From Candidatus Sericytochromatia bacterium (GTDB taxonomy: Bacteria > Cyanobacteriota > Sericytochromatia > S15B-MN24 > UBA4093): a DNA stretch of 64,000 nt. Positions 61,403 through 64,000 of this stretch are shown one piece after another. The stretch spans positions 1 through 64,000 of the forward strand of contig JAKFBU010000001.1 in the NCBI GenBank assembly GCA_036676985.1, written 5' to 3'. Below the pieces are notes generated by a model, which did no database searches, was not told where the DNA came from, and saw only the letters and a program-made list of their open reading frames with translations. Made by a program: the position numbers and the translations under genes. The stretch's first letter is position 1. Each line of letters opens with the position of its first letter.

Positions 61403-63460
61403 ATGAGCAACACATGGCGTAAGACACTCAACGCCGTGTTGAGCGCCTTCATGATTGTCGGGATGAGCGCGCTGCCCTCGGTGACGAGCAACGCGGCCTA
61501 TGCCCAGTCGGAAGGGGACACTCGCACGGTTCAGCAAGAAGTTGGTACACGCACGGACAACGAGTCCACGACCAGCGCCGCCTACGATCCCACGTCCGGG
61601 GTCACGACCATCCGGCGCAAGCAAGACACCGTTCGCCTCTACAACGAGCGCACGGAGTCGTATCGTCAAACTGGTAATCGCACGGATACTCGCTACCGGC
61701 AGGATCCGGTCTACGAAACCCGCTACCGCCAGGAGCAGCGTCAACGGCAGGAGACCCAGCAGGTCGCTCGCACGGGCTACCGCCAGGAGACCCAGCAGGA
61801 GACCCGCTACCGCCCGGTCTACGAGACCAAGTACCGTCAGGTCGCTCGCACGGGCTACCGCACGGAGACCCAGTATCGCACCGAGTACGAGGCCGTCTAC
61901 ACGACGCAGGCCTACCAGGACCAGGAAGCCTACACGGCATACGGCTGGCGCTGGGAGACCCGGTATACCTCGCAGTGGCAGTGGATCACCCGCTACCGCA
62001 CCGAGACCGTCAAACGCTGGTACACTTCCCCCGGTTACTGGGCCGGCACCTATGAGTACGGCTACTTCGGCTACCCCGGCTGCTACTACACCAGCCGCTA
62101 TCGCACCTACTGGGTGAGCGGCTACACCTACTCGCTCTGGGAGAACGTCTCGGTCCCCTACCAGTCCTGTGAGCTGGTGTCCGTTCCCTATCAGGAGCGG
62201 GTGCAGTACGCGTACACCGCCTACCGGCCGGTGACCCGCTACCGCAGCGTGTTCTCCTACTGGCGCCCCTACACGGTCGCCACCACCGTCTCGGTCCCCT
62301 ACACCTACTACGTGACCGAGTCCTACCAGGAACAGGCCTACGACCTGGTCGGCTACCGTGACAACTACGGCTACACCTGGGTCAACGAGTCCTACACCGA
62401 GTGGGGCTACTTCGGCTATCCCGGCTGCTACTACACCAGCCGTACGAGCAACCGTAAGGTCTGGAAGTACGCCTTCCTCGGCCGTGATCCCATCTACCAG
62501 CCTCGCCAGGAGGCCTACCAGGTGCCCGTGACGGTCACGGTCGCCTACACCTACTACGAGCCCGTGACGGTGACCGTCACCTACAACGTCGACGTCGCCT
62601 ACGAGGTCCAGACCGGTACGCGCCAGGTGGCCTACCAGGTCGTGGTCCCCGTCTACAACTGGGTGCCCAACGGCGACTGGCAGTCCAAGGAGGAGATCAC
62701 CCGGACGTCCTTCGTCACGGTGGGTCGCGTCGGCTCGGCGGTGATGGCGGCGGAAGCTGCCGGACCCACCAAGGCCAAGTCCTCCACCTTCATGTCCGAC
62801 AGCGGCACGGGCAACACCAAGACCGAGCTGTCCGGCTCGAAGAAGCGCCTGGTCTTCAAGGCTGACGAGGCCGTCGCTTCGACGGCCAAGGTGGCCGAGG
62901 TCAGCGCCGGCTCGATCCGGGACAACAACGGGAACAACGGCAACGGCAATGGTCGGAACGTGACGCCCGCCCCGGTGATCGTCTTCGTGCCGACCCCGCC
63001 CCCCGTGGCCATCGTCCGACCCACCCCGGCTCCGACTCCGCGGCCGACGGCCACCCCGGCGCCTACCCCGACTCCCACCCCCGCGGTGGATCTGTCGACG
63101 GTGGACGACGAGAACCAGACGTTCACGATCACCAACTGGACCGGCACCTTCGAGAAGGGCAACCAGCGGGTGGTCATCTCGAACTCTGGCGGCAAGCCGC
63201 GTGCGGCGCTGTACAAGAAGAACGGCAATCAGTGGACGCTGATTGCTCAGGACACGGCTCCCCCGTCGGGTACGCTGCGTTCCAGCAACTCGGCATACAA
63301 CGACAACCCTCAGACCAACGGCAGCGGTCGCAGCTTCTACACCAACGGGGACATCGTCCTCAAGCGCAAGAAGAACGGCGACCTCAAGCTGAGCGGGACC
63401 TACACGGGTACCGACGTCGATGGAGGGTCGTTCAGCTTCACCGACATGAAGAAGCAGTAG
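61403..63460 (+). CDS. Secreted Tyr/Thr/Arg/Val-rich repeat protein with PT linker and C-terminal beta domain
   Basis: GGAGG RBS, signal peptide ending in AYA, internal repeats, PTPAPTP linker. Confidence 0.8.
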   Translation: MSNTWRKTLNAVLSAFMIVGMSALPSVTSNAAYAQSEGDTRTVQQEVGTRTDNESTTSAAYDPTSGVTTIRRKQDTVRLYNERTESYRQTGNRTDTRYRQDPVYETRYRQEQRQRQETQQVARTGYRQETQQETRYRPVYETKYRQVARTGYRTETQYRTEYEAVYTTQAYQDQEAYTAYGWRWETRYTSQWQWITRYRTETVKRWYTSPGYWAGTYEYGYFGYPGCYYTSRYRTYWVSGYTYSLWENVSVPYQSCELVSVPYQERVQYAYTAYRPVTRYRSVFSYWRPYTVATTVSVPYTYYVTESYQEQAYDLVGYRDNYGYTWVNESYTEWGYFGYPGCYYTSRTSNRKVWKYAFLGRDPIYQPRQEAYQVPVTVTVAYTYYEPVTVTVTYNVDVAYEVQTGTRQVAYQVVVPVYNWVPNGDWQSKEEITRTSFVTVGRVGSAVMAAEAAGPTKAKSSTFMSDSGTGNTKTELSGSKKRLVFKADEAVASTAKVAEVSAGSIRDNNGNNGNGNGRNVTPAPVIVFVPTPPPVAIVRPTPAPTPRPTATPAPTPTPTPAVDLSTVDDENQTFTITNWTGTFEKGNQRVVISNSGGKPRAALYKKNGNQWTLIAQDTAPPSGTLRSSNSAYNDNPQTNGSGRSFYTNGDIVLKRKKNGDLKLSGTYTGTDVDGGSFSFTDMKKQ

Positions 63461-63467
63461 ATCCATC

Positions 63468-63499
63468 AGGCCCCGGGGCAGATGCCCCGGGGCCTCTTT
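63468..63499 (+). terminator. Intrinsic terminator
   Basis: AGGCCCCGGGGCA-ga-TGCCCCGGGGCCT followed by CTTT. Confidence 0.7.
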
Positions 63500-63570
63500 C
63501 GTTCGCGAAACCGGACGATTAGCGAGCGCCCGTGCAGGGAAGAAAGACTCAGAGGCTTTCGGATCGGAGC

Positions 63571-64000
63571 ATGCACGTGCGTCATCAATCAGCCACAAGG
63601 GATCAGCGGCAACGGCAGGCGGGCTTCTCGCTCACCGAGCTCTTGATTGCGTCCACGGCATTCGTCATCATCATGTCGGCGGCCATGAGCATGATGGTGC
63701 AGTGGCAGCGCGTGAACGGCCGCAGCGAGGGGGACATCACCGCCATCAACCAGGCCGCCAAGGCCATCGGCCAGATCGCCGACGACGTCCGAATGGCGAC
63801 CTACATCTACCACTACGCGACCATCTCGATCGAGCAGAACGGCGTCAACGAGTTCCGCTCCTCGGCCAACCCCGAGACGTTCCGGAACATCGGCATCGTC
63901 ACCCAGGGCGCTCAGGCGGACGGCGTTGCCAACACCTTCTTCACCAACCGGGGCGTCCCCACCTCCATGATGGGCGTGACGAGCAACGGCACCTCCTCGA
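63571..64000 (+). CDS. Type IV prepilin-like (PilW/PulJ-like) protein, truncated by the window end
   Basis: MHVRHQSATRDQRQRQAG|FSLTELLIASTAFVIIM class III signal; frame stays open to the window end. Confidence 0.85.
   Translation, partial: MHVRHQSATRDQRQRQAGFSLTELLIASTAFVIIMSAAMSMMVQWQRVNGRSEGDITAINQAAKAIGQIADDVRMATYIYHYATISIEQNGVNEFRSSANPETFRNIGIVTQGAQADGVANTFFTNRGVPTSMMGVTSNGTSS

Overview
A GC-rich, gene-dense chromosomal window from a diderm bacterium. It encodes TolC and an outer-membrane beta-barrel, System II cytochrome c biogenesis genes and AcnB. A non-photosynthetic relative of Cyanobacteria such as Sericytochromatia is plausible, but that is inference only. Housekeeping genes (proS, acnB, rlmD, hemA, ccsB/ccsA, coaX, rpmB, hslO, tldD/pmbA, hsp20, a MacAB-TolC-like operon) are interspersed with many orphan or secreted proteins. 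I found no rRNA, tRNA, CRISPR array, integrase or transposase. The main observations are: (1) an apparently split RIC/YtfE iron-centre repair protein, whose two halves lie in convergent transcription units that each carry a near-identical Crp/Fnr-type box at -41.5 geometry, together with a small His-containing 4-TM protein; (2) a coupled operon of CHASE2 kinase, NarL regulator, FecR protein and beta-barrel; (3) several leaderless, extracellular-type proteins behind sigma28-like promoters; (4) a Tyr/Thr/Arg-rich putative long beta-hairpin protein upstream of a type IV prepilin; (5) an uncalled 47-aa CPxCG zinc-finger microprotein. All assignments come from motifs read by eye, and no searches were run.
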